Below are positions 9,020 to 17,768 of a stretch of DNA of 64,000 nt, one piece after another; within the stretch, counting starts at the first letter, position 1, and each line of letters opens with the position of its first letter. Source of the stretch: a virus (Duplodnaviria > Caudoviricetes). A model generated the notes under the pieces. That model saw nothing but the letters and a program-made list of their open reading frames with translations, had not been told where the DNA came from and made no database searches. The position numbers were made by a program, and so were the translations under genes. The stretch lies in the IMG/VR virus record IMGVR_UViG_3300036804_000165, positions 792-64,791 of that record; one strand, given 5' to 3'.

Positions 9020-9330
9020 GCCAGACCATCGCCGATATCCACTTCTCGATGCAGATCGAGGATGATCTGGTCGTGCTGACCGACCACGGCTCCGGTTATT
9101 CGATCACCAACGGCGCCGAACTGGTGATCGCAGAACTGGCGCTGCTGCTGGGCGCCGATTTCGCCCGCTTCCGCGTGATCTACCGCGACACCGAGCAGGA
9201 CTGGGACGGCATCGCTCATCACGGTGATCGTTTCATCCGCTTCGTGCCGCTGCGCACCCGTGACCGGCACGTTGCCGTTGACCTCGCCAAACGCGGTGTC
9301 GACGCCAAAGGCGATCCCTGGAAGAAATGA
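9016..9330 (+). CDS. Hypothetical protein
   Basis: SITNGAE.VI..L..RVIYRDT..WDGI motif; ATGA overlap. Confidence 0.75.
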   Translation: MSQTIADIHFSMQIEDDLVVLTDHGSGYSITNGAELVIAELALLLGADFARFRVIYRDTEQDWDGIAHHGDRFIRFVPLRTRDRHVAVDLAKRGVDAKGDPWKK

Positions 9331-9423
9331 CCGAACCGCTGACGACAGCAGCCACCCAGCGCGCGGTGGCTGCTATCGCCTGGGTTCGCCCCGGGGCATG
9401 ACCTTTTTCAGAGGACACCAAAG

Positions 9424-9843
9424 ATGAAAATCACCTTCAACCGCGTCGGTGTGGAGCGTCTGCTCGCGCACACCAAGGCGGCCAAGGACCACAAAAAGAC
9501 CTACGCCGAAGAGGCTGACGGCAAAAAGTGTGTCGGGCCTGCGCTGTGGCTGGTCGGCGATGACGGCGTCTACTTGATGAGCAACGGCAAGCCCGCGCTC
9601 AAGCCCGAGGAGGGCGACGGCCACTTCGTCGTCTATGCCGATCAGATCAACCCCAAGACGATGGCCTTCGACGACTGGTGGGCCGCGAAAAACACCGCGT
9701 TCGGGGGTGACGACGGGGTCGATGGCATCGCCGCCGGCGAGATCGAACAGGCGCTGGCGGCCGCCCCCGGCAAGCCGTTGACGCTGGACCTGACGCCAAA
9801 GGCGATCACCCTGCACGTCGCCGCACCGAAGCGGAAGCATTGA
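9424..9843 (+). CDS. DUF3085-like protein
   Basis: LWLVGDDGVYLMSN..VVYA..DDWW..FGGDDG. Confidence 0.75.
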   Translation: MKITFNRVGVERLLAHTKAAKDHKKTYAEEADGKKCVGPALWLVGDDGVYLMSNGKPALKPEEGDGHFVVYADQINPKTMAFDDWWAAKNTAFGGDDGVDGIAAGEIEQALAAAPGKPLTLDLTPKAITLHVAAPKRKH

Positions 9844-9936
9844 CCGAGGCCGCCCGTCGATTTGCGCATGTGCGCAAATGTGCAAATACGGGCGGCATCG
9901 GCCTGGGCTTCCCCAGGGCTTTCAGAGGACACAAAC

Positions 9937-10944
9937 ATGCAACAACCCCAAGCCTACCGAACCGCCAGCGGCCCGGTGCTGGGCATCGAAGCCTCGCTGC
10001 GTGACATCCGAGAATGGCGGCCCACCGTCACGCAAATCCGCGAGCCGATCCTGACCTTCATGGTCGTCGGCACATCGATGTTCGCCGCCGACATGCCGCC
10101 GCTGGCGCGTGCCTTCGCGCCGACGCAAGACGATGTCGAAGGCATCGCCGAACTGACCGAGGTAGCGGTGCGGGCCGGGCGGCTGATCGATTTCGGCGCC
10201 TGGACCAATGACGTCATCAAGTACGGCGGCAACCGTGGCGGCCCGCTCTACTCGCGCGACGTCATCGGTCATCCGTTCCGCGATCCGTATGTGTTCTTCC
10301 ATACCTGGGAGGACGCATCGGCGGCCTATCTGGTCAACCCGCTGGAGCCGGAGCGGACCGGCGGCGATGTCGAGTGCATCGAACTGCAACCGATCGAGAT
10401 CAAAGGCAATCGGGCGCTGATGATCGGCGATCGGGCGGTGCTCACCCCGGACGCCAGCAACTTCGCGGGATGGTCGAAATACCATTGCCGATCGATGCCG
10501 TCGCTGTGGCGGTATCTGCCGGGCGCCGAGGCGATCAACACCGGCGGCAAGCCTGAAAACGCCGCAGCGGGCAACGTGCTCGACCCGCTGATGACCGCGC
10601 TCTTGATCCTGTCCACCAGGGGCATCGCGCGCGAAACCGTTGCCGCGCCGGACAAGCTGCAGAAGGCCCGCCGCAAGAACGGCAAGCCGCTGATCCCACC
10701 CTATCAACGGGTGGACTCGGCGCCCTACGTCACGGCGATCCAGAATCGCGCGGCACGGGGGCGCGCGCCGTCACAAGGCGGCACGCACGCTTCGCCGGTC
10801 ATGCATCTGCGCATGGGTCATGTGCGGACTTATGCGTCGGGCGTGCAGACGTTCGTGCGCGACGCCATCGTCAACGCCAGCGAGGCAACCCGCGCCGCCT
10901 TCACGATCGGACGCAGTCACTACACGGTCAAACAAAAAGTCTGA
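9937..10944 (+). CDS. Hypothetical phage protein
   Basis: ATG after box 9922; C-terminal GGTHASPVMHLRMGHVR motif. Confidence 0.8.
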   Translation: MQQPQAYRTASGPVLGIEASLRDIREWRPTVTQIREPILTFMVVGTSMFAADMPPLARAFAPTQDDVEGIAELTEVAVRAGRLIDFGAWTNDVIKYGGNRGGPLYSRDVIGHPFRDPYVFFHTWEDASAAYLVNPLEPERTGGDVECIELQPIEIKGNRALMIGDRAVLTPDASNFAGWSKYHCRSMPSLWRYLPGAEAINTGGKPENAAAGNVLDPLMTALLILSTRGIARETVAAPDKLQKARRKNGKPLIPPYQRVDSAPYVTAIQNRAARGRAPSQGGTHASPVMHLRMGHVRTYASGVQTFVRDAIVNASEATRAAFTIGRSHYTVKQKV

Positions 10945-11025
10945 CCGCAGACGGCAGTCGCATGGGCCCGCGCTCATGCGGCTGCCGCCTGGGATCGGCC
11001 CAGGACTCAGAGGACACAACCAAGA

Positions 11026-11481
11026 ATGAAGATTATGCTCGCCGAAGCCGTGACCCTGGACATCAGGCCAGGGGTGCGACTGTCGATTGAGGCCGATGGC
11101 TCGGTGCTGCTCGAACCCGAGGCGCCGCCGGGGGAGCCAGAGCCTCCGACAGTGGCGAAGCCCAAGGTGCTCCGATCGCGTCCGATCACCCGCCGCGCCT
11201 CGGGGGCGATATTCACCGGCACCATCGAGAATGATTTGCTGGTGAAGCTCGCGCAGGAGTCGGATCGCTGGGTCGGCTTCGGCGACGTGGTGAAACTCCT
11301 CTACCCCGAGGTGCCATTGCGAGCCAACGGCAAGCCGACACAGGACTACGAGAACCTCCGTATCGCCCTGCGCCGGCTGCTCAAGCTCGGTGAGGTCGAG
11401 CAGCGCTCCACCGGGGCAGGGAACGCCTCCGGGCGCGGCTTGAAGGCGCAATACCGCATCGTCAAGAAGCCCGTGTCATGA
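11026..11481 (+). CDS. Putative winged-helix protein
   Basis: ATG after box 11007; ENLRIALRRLLKLGEVEQ..YRI. Confidence 0.65.
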   Translation: MKIMLAEAVTLDIRPGVRLSIEADGSVLLEPEAPPGEPEPPTVAKPKVLRSRPITRRASGAIFTGTIENDLLVKLAQESDRWVGFGDVVKLLYPEVPLRANGKPTQDYENLRIALRRLLKLGEVEQRSTGAGNASGRGLKAQYRIVKKPVS

Positions 11482-11582
11482 TCGAGCGCGCGTATGCTCA
11501 GCCATTGACCGAACCCGCGACACGTCGAGCGTGTCGCAGGCTCGGCCTGGGGCTGGTCCCAGGGTTTCAGAGGACACAGACA

Positions 11583-11882
11583 ATGCCAAACATAAGCGAT
11601 TTCGAGGATGCCTTCGCCTTGGCGCGGGCGTATCCCGACACCTTCGAGGCGGTGCCCGCAGCCGAGACCGCGAGGCTCATGGCGGGCGACTGCGTCAAGG
11701 TCTGCCGCAACGACGAGCGATTCTGGGTGCTGATCCACACCAACGCGGACGGCCGGATCAGCGGCGAGGTCAACAACGAGCTGGTCGATCCGCGCAACGC
11801 CGACATACCGTGTGGGACCATCGTCGGCCTGGAATACCGCCATGTCTACCAGACCTACCGGACGCCCAAGGAGCGGCGCTGA
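11583..11882 (+). CDS. DUF2314/YegJ-like protein
   Basis: GDCVKV..ERFWV..G.VNNE. Confidence 0.6.
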   Translation: MPNISDFEDAFALARAYPDTFEAVPAAETARLMAGDCVKVCRNDERFWVLIHTNADGRISGEVNNELVDPRNADIPCGTIVGLEYRHVYQTYRTPKERR

Positions 11883-12550
11883 TGGACAAGCTCACGCCGG
11901 AACAGATGTTTCCGAAGAGCCTGGGACTGATCCGCGCGGCCCTGTCGCAGGCCGAGCGGCTGGCGATCCCGCTGCCCAAGCAGTTGCGCACCCGCCCACG
12001 CGACGCACGGGGCTATCCGATCCCGTTCATCGTGGTGATCGACCGCCGCCGGCAGCCGCAGTTCACCATCAACGACAGCACCCGTGTCACCGCCTGCCGC
12101 ACCCGCTCGCTCTGCGGCATCTGCGGCAAGCGGCTGGACAAAGACCTGTGGTTCGTCGGCGGCGCGCGCTGCTTCCTGCACCCGCGTGGCGCGTTCGTCG
12201 ATCCGCCGAGCCATTACGCGTGCGCCGAATACGCGCTGCGGGTCTGCCCGTTCCTCGCGGCACCCAGCTACGCCAAGCGGATCGACGACCGCAAGCTGCC
12301 GCCGGGCGGGTTGCCCGATGGCATGGCGCTCGGCCGCGTGGACTTCATGCCGCCCGCGCAGCCCGAACGCTTCGGCCTCGGCAGCACGCGCGCCTATCGC
12401 TGGGTGTCGCACGACAGGGACGGGGTCTACGTGGTCGACGCCTGGGACTATGTCGAATGGTGGAAGACCGGCGAGCCGGTCAACGCGCCGGACGGACTGC
12501 CGGCGGATCAGCCGATGCTGCGCAACTGGCGGGGAGGCAACGGCGCATGA
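11882..12550 (+). CDS. Cys-rich hypothetical protein
   Basis: RGYPIPF..LCGICG..DPPSHYACAEYALRVCPFL. Confidence 0.75.
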   Translation: MDKLTPEQMFPKSLGLIRAALSQAERLAIPLPKQLRTRPRDARGYPIPFIVVIDRRRQPQFTINDSTRVTACRTRSLCGICGKRLDKDLWFVGGARCFLHPRGAFVDPPSHYACAEYALRVCPFLAAPSYAKRIDDRKLPPGGLPDGMALGRVDFMPPAQPERFGLGSTRAYRWVSHDRDGVYVVDAWDYVEWWKTGEPVNAPDGLPADQPMLRNWRGGNGA

Positions 12551-12723
12551 GCGAGGGGGAAAAACTGGCACGCGCGGTGCTGCTGTTTTTCCGTGGCGGC
12601 CACTGGTCGGCCTGCGACCGCGAGGTCTGGCAGGCGCTGACCGGCTCGGAGGACGCGACGACGCGGGCGTTGTGCGATCTGGCGCGGCGGGTGCAGGCCG
12701 CCGAGGCAGCGATCCCGCGCTGA
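12547..12723 (+). CDS. Hypothetical protein
   Basis: ATGA overlap, GGAGG RBS. Confidence 0.6.
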   Translation: MSEGEKLARAVLLFFRGGHWSACDREVWQALTGSEDATTRALCDLARRVQAAEAAIPR

Positions 12724-12801
12724 CGATGATGGACCGAGGCAGCACCAGGCACCCCCTGGCTGCTGTCTCGGCCTGGGATCGTCCCAGGAATGGAGGACAC
12801 C

Positions 12802-13401
12802 ATGAGCGATGAACACCAAACTATCCAGCACACGGTGCTCTACGACGCCGCGGCGCGGGCGAACTCGACGCGGGTCTGCGGCGATTGCCAACTGTGCTGC
12901 AAGCTCGTGCCGGTCAGTTCGATCGGCAAGCCGGCGAACACGCGCTGTCGTCACCAGCGCGTCGGCAAGGGCTGTCTGGTCTATCATCAGGCCGGGATGC
13001 CGCCCGAGTGCGACCTGTGGTCATGCAAGTGGCTGCTGGGGGGCGAGACGGCGGACCTGCAACGCCCCGATCGCGTGCATTATGTCATCGACATGATGCC
13101 CGACATGATCGGCGCGATCCCGCCGGGGAGCAGCGAGCGTCACGACGTCATGGTCACCCAGGTCTGGCTCGATCCGGCGTTTCCGTTGGCGCATCGCGAT
13201 CCCGGCCTGCGCGGCTATGCCGAGCAGATCGCCGCGCGCGATCAAATGCCGATCCTGGTCCGCATCGGCTCGTCGGAGGCGTTCCTGCTGGTCGCGCCAT
13301 CCTTGGCGAGTGACGGCCAATGGCACGAGCAATCCATCAACCGCCAGCCCGAGCAGCCCAAGCACGGGATGATGTTTCTCGACCGGATGATGGGAGAATG
13401 A
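12802..13401 (+). CDS. YkgJ-like cysteine-cluster (Zn/Fe-S) protein
   Basis: CGDCQLCCK..C.H..GCLVY..P.EC..W.C.WL. Confidence 0.7.
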   Translation: MSDEHQTIQHTVLYDAAARANSTRVCGDCQLCCKLVPVSSIGKPANTRCRHQRVGKGCLVYHQAGMPPECDLWSCKWLLGGETADLQRPDRVHYVIDMMPDMIGAIPPGSSERHDVMVTQVWLDPAFPLAHRDPGLRGYAEQIAARDQMPILVRIGSSEAFLLVAPSLASDGQWHEQSINRQPEQPKHGMMFLDRMMGE

Positions 13402-13631
13402 CCATGGGCGAGCCAAATTGGCACGACGATCCCGACGTGCAGGCGTACGGGCAGATGATGCAGGCCGCGCTGGTGATGGGGCGCGTCAAGCTCGGCGCGG
13501 ACAAGGCGCTGTCCGTGGCGCTCGCCACGATCGCCGAGGAAATGGAGCGTCATCTCGGGCGGCAGACCGTCGCGTGGGTGCTACGCACCTTCGCCGAGGG
13601 GCTGGCGAGCGGGCGGGGAGGCGAGCCATGA
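13398..13631 (+). CDS. Hypothetical protein
   Basis: Coupled ORF. Confidence 0.65.
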   Translation: MTMGEPNWHDDPDVQAYGQMMQAALVMGRVKLGADKALSVALATIAEEMERHLGRQTVAWVLRTFAEGLASGRGGEP

Positions 13632-14002
13632 CGCGCCGGTACGGCCTGCGGCACTACATCCTCGACGAGGCCGACAACCCGGTGGAACTGCCGATGCCCG
13701 AGGGGGTGCCGCTGCTCGACGCGCTCGCCGCGGTGATCAAGCCGCACGCCCAGTGGATCGCCGATAACGAGGCCCGGATGCGGGTCGCCGAGGATTTTAT
13801 CGACGATGTGCGTGTCTCGACGGTGTTTCTCAGTGTCGGGATCAGCTTCGGCGAGCCGCCGGACATGTTCGAGACCATGCTGTTCAAGCCGGGGCAGGAG
13901 GCGTTCCTGTTCGGCCGCTGCGCCACCTGGAACGAGGCCAAGGGGCTGCACGACTTCGCGGTGGCGATGGTGAAGAACGGAGAACTGCCATGGCAATCGT
14001 GA
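13628..14002 (+). CDS. Hypothetical phage protein
   Basis: VSTVFL..FETMLF..R..TW.EA..H motif. Confidence 0.75.
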   Translation: MTRRYGLRHYILDEADNPVELPMPEGVPLLDALAAVIKPHAQWIADNEARMRVAEDFIDDVRVSTVFLSVGISFGEPPDMFETMLFKPGQEAFLFGRCATWNEAKGLHDFAVAMVKNGELPWQS

Positions 14003-14262
14003 TCAAGATCGTCAGTCGCGGCGACGGCAAGCCGACGCCGCACGCCGAGCGCTACCTCGCGCACTATGATCCCGATGCCGATCCGCTGAACGGCTGGGTC
14101 GAAAGCACCGAGTTCCTCGACGAGGCGCTGCTGTTCGCCAGCATAACCGAGGCGACGGAATGCTGGCGGCGGGTCAGCAAGACGATGCCGCGACGGCTGA
14201 GCGACGGGCGCCCCAACCGCCCGTTAAGCGCCTACACCTGTAGCTTTCAGCCGGTCGACTGA
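13990..14262 (+). CDS. Hypothetical protein
   Basis: DGRPNRPLSAYT motif. Confidence 0.7.
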   Translation: MAIVIKIVSRGDGKPTPHAERYLAHYDPDADPLNGWVESTEFLDEALLFASITEATECWRRVSKTMPRRLSDGRPNRPLSAYTCSFQPVD

Positions 14263-14336
14263 CCCTCGGACGGATGCAGCGCCGCCGCGCGCTGCATCTG
14301 CCTGGGGATCATCCCAGGATTTCAGAGGACACCACT

Positions 14337-14681
14337 ATGAGTGACATGACATGGCAGGATCGGGCCGTTTCGGCGACGCGCGAGACGCAGTTCGGCGCGA
14401 TCCTTAACTGCGCCTTGGGGCGGGAAATTCCGCCGCCTTGCTTTCACGGCAAGGCCGTCGTCAGCAGCGACGGCTTCTTGACGTGCGCCTACACCGACAG
14501 GCAGGGCAACGATCATCACGGCGCCTTTGTCGGCGCGGTCGCCGACCTCGAAGGCAACATCGTCGGGCTGTCGCGGCACCTGGCGCTCAACCCCACGGAC
14601 AAGGCGGCGCTGATCGCGGCGCTGCAAGCCTGGATCGGGCTGGACTATCGCGCCACTCCGGGCTTGGAGGTGGCGTCATGA
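14337..14681 (+). CDS. Hypothetical protein
   Basis: ATG after box 14322. Confidence 0.75.
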   Translation: MSDMTWQDRAVSATRETQFGAILNCALGREIPPPCFHGKAVVSSDGFLTCAYTDRQGNDHHGAFVGAVADLEGNIVGLSRHLALNPTDKAALIAALQAWIGLDYRATPGLEVAS

Positions 14682-15109
14682 GCTATCTCATCAGCATCCA
14701 CAATGACGGCGGCGAGATCGTCAGCACCAACTATTGGCAATCCGACTTGGCGGCAGGCGGCAAATTCTTTCTGTCGTTCAACGCCGGCACCGTGCGCCTA
14801 CTGGTGCCGCCTATCCTGATTGAGACGCTGCGCGAGATGGAGACCGGCAAGACGATCGTGCTGACCTTGGGTGAACACCAACGCAAGGAAGGCGCGGTGG
14901 AGCTGCTGTTTGACGACGGCAGCAATGCGCCGTTCGCGATCCTCCTCGACCCGGTGCAGCTTGAGCGCCGCTGGCCGACCGCCGACGACGGCAGAGAAGT
15001 CCCGTTTGCCGTCTACACCACCACCGGCAAGTCGCTGGTGCGTACCTGCTTCCTGCGCCGCACGCGCAAACTGCCCTACCTCAAGCCATGGAAAGGAGCG
15101 GGGCAATGA
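14678..15109 (+). CDS. Hypothetical protein
   Basis: TNYW.S..A..G.F.LS.NAG..RLLVP..ELLFDDGS.APF. Confidence 0.75.
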   Translation: MSYLISIHNDGGEIVSTNYWQSDLAAGGKFFLSFNAGTVRLLVPPILIETLREMETGKTIVLTLGEHQRKEGAVELLFDDGSNAPFAILLDPVQLERRWPTADDGREVPFAVYTTTGKSLVRTCFLRRTRKLPYLKPWKGAGQ

Positions 15110-15597
15110 GCGCGCCAGTATTTCCCGACTGCGTATTTCCCGACGATTGCGAGTGCGCCAAGCGCGGCTATCAACTGGAAATGGAAAGCTGCGCGGTGTC
15201 GCGCGTACGCACAGCGGTTGCCGACCTCGGCATCGATCTCGACTTGGAGAAAGCTGGCCTGGGAAAGCCCAAGCCCTGTGTGGCGCTGCTGATCGACCCC
15301 CTCAACCGGACGATCAGCGAAACCACCTACATCGGCCTCGAAGGACTGCAAACGCTGGTCGGCGGCTCGATCGAGGCCGCCTATCAGTGGCCCAACCGCG
15401 ATGTGCTGTACGTCGATGAGGAAGGACTGTTCAAAGACGCCCAGATGTTCTTCGCGATCAGCGTGCGGCCCGATCAGCCGCTCGCCGGCAACGGCGTGCT
15501 GGTCGGCCGCGAGGTCGATGATCTCGGCAACACCGCGCCGCCGCAGATGACGATCGAGCGATTGTCTTCGCTCGTCCGCTTCCTGGGGAGGCTGTGA
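15106..15597 (+). CDS. DUF3846-like protein
   Basis: LEGLQTLVGGSIE..LYVDEEGL..LAGNGVLVG. Confidence 0.65.
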   Translation: MSAPVFPDCVFPDDCECAKRGYQLEMESCAVSRVRTAVADLGIDLDLEKAGLGKPKPCVALLIDPLNRTISETTYIGLEGLQTLVGGSIEAAYQWPNRDVLYVDEEGLFKDAQMFFAISVRPDQPLAGNGVLVGREVDDLGNTAPPQMTIERLSSLVRFLGRL

Positions 15598-15896
15598 TGG
15601 ATCCCGATGCGACCCTCGCCGCGCTGCTCGACGCGTTCCGCGACGGCGATTACCCTGCCGCCTGGGACGCGATCGAGGCGTTGAACGACTGGCTGGCGAA
15701 AGGCGGGGCGATGCCCAAGGACCCGCGACTGACCCGCGCCGCATCCGAACCGCATCAGATTCACCCGCCGATGGACTGGTCAAAATACGAAAGTCCCGAC
15801 GATGTCGATCTCTCCGATGCGGACCGCTCGAAAATGATGTGGGACAGGTGGCGTGACGACATGGCGAGCCGTAAGGACGCCATCAAGCCGGATTGA
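15597..15896 (+). CDS. Hypothetical protein
   Basis: MDPDATL..L.DWL.KGG.P. Confidence 0.7.
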   Translation: MDPDATLAALLDAFRDGDYPAAWDAIEALNDWLAKGGAMPKDPRLTRAASEPHQIHPPMDWSKYESPDDVDLSDADRSKMMWDRWRDDMASRKDAIKPD

Positions 15897-15925
15897 GAGA
15901 AGGACACACCGAAGCCAACTGACAG

Positions 15926-15973
15926 AGCGCAACACCGCCGGGCGCATAGCCTTGCCGTGTTGCGCTTTTTTTT
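15926..15973 (+). terminator. Rho-independent terminator ending the early operon
   Basis: AGCGCAACAC / GTGTTGCGCT stem followed by T-run 15966-15973. Confidence 0.65.
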
Positions 15974-16149
15974 GGTGTCGGTGACACTCGGCCGGCGGAG
16001 CCGACAGACGGGGGCTGAGTCGCAGCCGCGCCGCCCGCCGGCTCGCCTTTGACCCCAGAGGACACCTCCTCGCTCACCGCATACGGATCTCGCGGGAATC
16101 TTCTGGCGACAGACTGAAACATAGGTCAGCGGCCGGGACGCGACAAGCG

Positions 16150-16608
16150 TTAGCCGCTCGCGTGCAGCCGATCCCAGATCAACAGTGACGTGCCCTGCTT
16201 GTCGTCGGCGTAGCTGCGATAGGCCGCGGTGGTGATGTTCAGCACGTCGCCGCTCAAGGTGTAGGTTCGCTCCAGGTCGGTGCCGGTCCAGCTTTCATTC
16301 CATGACGTTTCGACGTGATGGATGATCGTGCCGGGATGCGGCGAGGACCAGCGCCCGGCATAGGCGCACATCGAGCCATACAGCGCGGCGGCCTCCGCCG
16401 ACGTGGCGACCGCGCCGAGCGGCTTCACCCGGCCGGCCTGACAGAACTGCACATACATCCGCTGATCGGCGCTGTAGCTCAGCAGCCCCTGCGGCGCGGC
16501 GCCGAACTGCGGCGTGCGCGCGCCGGTGGCCTGATCGACGCGCAGGTAGGCGCGCAACCGCCACGTGCCGAGGATCGAGGCTTGTTCGGTCTGAGTGATC
16601 ATCGGCAC
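16150..16608 (-). CDS. Lipocalin-like domain protein
   Basis: ILGTWRL..FGAAPQGLLSYSAD.RM..YAGRW..HHVETSWNESWTGTDLER. Confidence 0.75.
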   Translation of the reverse strand: MPMITQTEQASILGTWRLRAYLRVDQATGARTPQFGAAPQGLLSYSADQRMYVQFCQAGRVKPLGAVATSAEAAALYGSMCAYAGRWSSPHPGTIIHHVETSWNESWTGTDLERTYTLSGDVLNITTAAYRSYADDKQGTSLLIWDRLHASG

Positions 16609-16623
16609 AGGTAAGACTTTTTG

Positions 16624-16881
16624 TCAGACCGATACAAGCATCACCGGCGGCGCCCCCGCCCGAGGGTTGCGCCAGCGCCGGGAGTCTTCCAGGCACAGGC
16701 TGACCTCGTCCACCGCCGGGGCGATCAGCCGTCGCTGCCTGCGCGTCGAGCCGTCCGGCAGCGTGATGACGCGGCTCGCCCATTCGGCTTCCGCGCCGGG
16801 CGAGAACACGCACGCGGGCCCGCCGCAGAGCAGGCAGCGGCGGGCCATGTTCAAGGCGGAGAGCACCGACACGCTCAGCAT
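16624..16881 (-). CDS. Small Cys-containing protein
   Basis: CLLCGGP; sits in the leftward operon. Confidence 0.55.
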   Translation of the reverse strand: MLSVSVLSALNMARRCLLCGGPACVFSPGAEAEWASRVITLPDGSTRRQRRLIAPAVDEVSLCLEDSRRWRNPRAGAPPVMLVSV

Positions 16882-17768
16882 GACACGTCCTCCTCATCGG
16901 GCCATTCGAGCGGGGGCAGCGGGCGCTCGTGCGCGATATCGACCGCGATCGCGCGCGGCGGCGTCTCGAATGCCTCGCTGGCGCGTCGCCGTTCCGCCTC
17001 GCGCGCTGCCTCAGCCTCAGCGATCGGGCGCAGCAGCGGGTTCGCCATGCGCACCGCCTGCATCTGCGCGGGCGTCAGCGCCCCGAGAGGCTTCGCCGGG
17101 GGCTGCGGCGCGGCGGCGTGCGACAGCGGCTCTGGCGGCGTCGCCAGCGCTTCCGGCGGCACGGTCGAGGCGCGATGATCGGCATCGGTCGTGCTGCTCA
17201 AGCCACCCAGCGCCGCCAGGGCCTCCTGCACGCGGGCGCCCACGTAGGCGATCTCGGCGGGATCGCGGTCGCCGTGGCGCGGCTCGCGCAGCCAGCCGCG
17301 TTTCACCGCGATCTCGGCGGCGACGAGATCGGTCCGACACAGATGCTGGAACGCCGCCGCGTTGGGGATGCGGATCATCGCCAGCCACGTTTCCAGCGTC
17401 ACGCGCGCCGGCAGGGGTTTGATCCCGCCGCGATACTCGTTCCAGAAGCCGACCATGCAGCGATCGGCGCCGGACATCTCGCTGTCCTCCAAGCCGGGCA
17501 GCGCCGTGCGCTTCGGCGTGTGCTTGTCGTGCCATGCCACCAGCCCTTTGCGCAGCCGCGCCAGCGACGGCACGCGGTCCATCTCGGCGCCGATGGCGAG
17601 CGCGAGGTCGGCCGGATTGGCGAACACGCTGTCGGGCAGATGCTGCACCGCAGGCAACATCGGCATCATCGCGTTCACCGCCTCGGTCGACTGCATCGGC
17701 GCCACCATCTTCGCCAGTGTCGCGATGAACACCCGCTGGTTGACCGAAGGCTGCCATTCGTCGCTCAT
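16875..17768 (-). CDS. Hypothetical protein, position of a helicase loader/replication partner
   Basis: Coupled directly downstream of the initiator gene. Confidence 0.65.
   Translation of the reverse strand: MSDEWQPSVNQRVFIATLAKMVAPMQSTEAVNAMMPMLPAVQHLPDSVFANPADLALAIGAEMDRVPSLARLRKGLVAWHDKHTPKRTALPGLEDSEMSGADRCMVGFWNEYRGGIKPLPARVTLETWLAMIRIPNAAAFQHLCRTDLVAAEIAVKRGWLREPRHGDRDPAEIAYVGARVQEALAALGGLSSTTDADHRASTVPPEALATPPEPLSHAAAPQPPAKPLGALTPAQMQAVRMANPLLRPIAEAEAAREAERRRASEAFETPPRAIAVDIAHERPLPPLEWPDEEDVSC

Larger units (their letters stand above)
160..14333 (+). repeat. Dispersed structured intergenic repeat (hairpin 1 + hairpin 2 + TCAGAGGACACC start-associated box), 24 copies
   Basis: Box or close variant starts at 342, 906, 1265, 1520, 1960, 2332, 2555, 2930, 3166, 3703, 4330, 4783, 5161, 5493, 5891, 6493, 7464, 8378, 9408, 9922, 11007, 11567, 12791, 14322. 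Each lies 0-8 nt before an ATG and nearly all are preceded by two abutting inverted repeats. Confidence 0.95.

Noticed and set aside
342-14333. CRISPR array interpretation of the repeats
   Set aside because: Spacing is 0.2-1.5 kb and contains whole ORFs, the constant part is only ~12 nt, and no cas genes were seen
342-14333. Classical integron attC cassettes
   Set aside because: No RYYYAAC/GTTRRRY ends and no IntI-type tyrosine recombinase in the window; the resemblance is only architectural
342-14333. Repeats as intrinsic terminators, tRNAs or hammerhead ribozymes
   Set aside because: Hairpins mostly lack U-tracts, there is no cloverleaf, and no intact CUGANGA/GAAA core was found; other ribozyme classes were not excluded computationally
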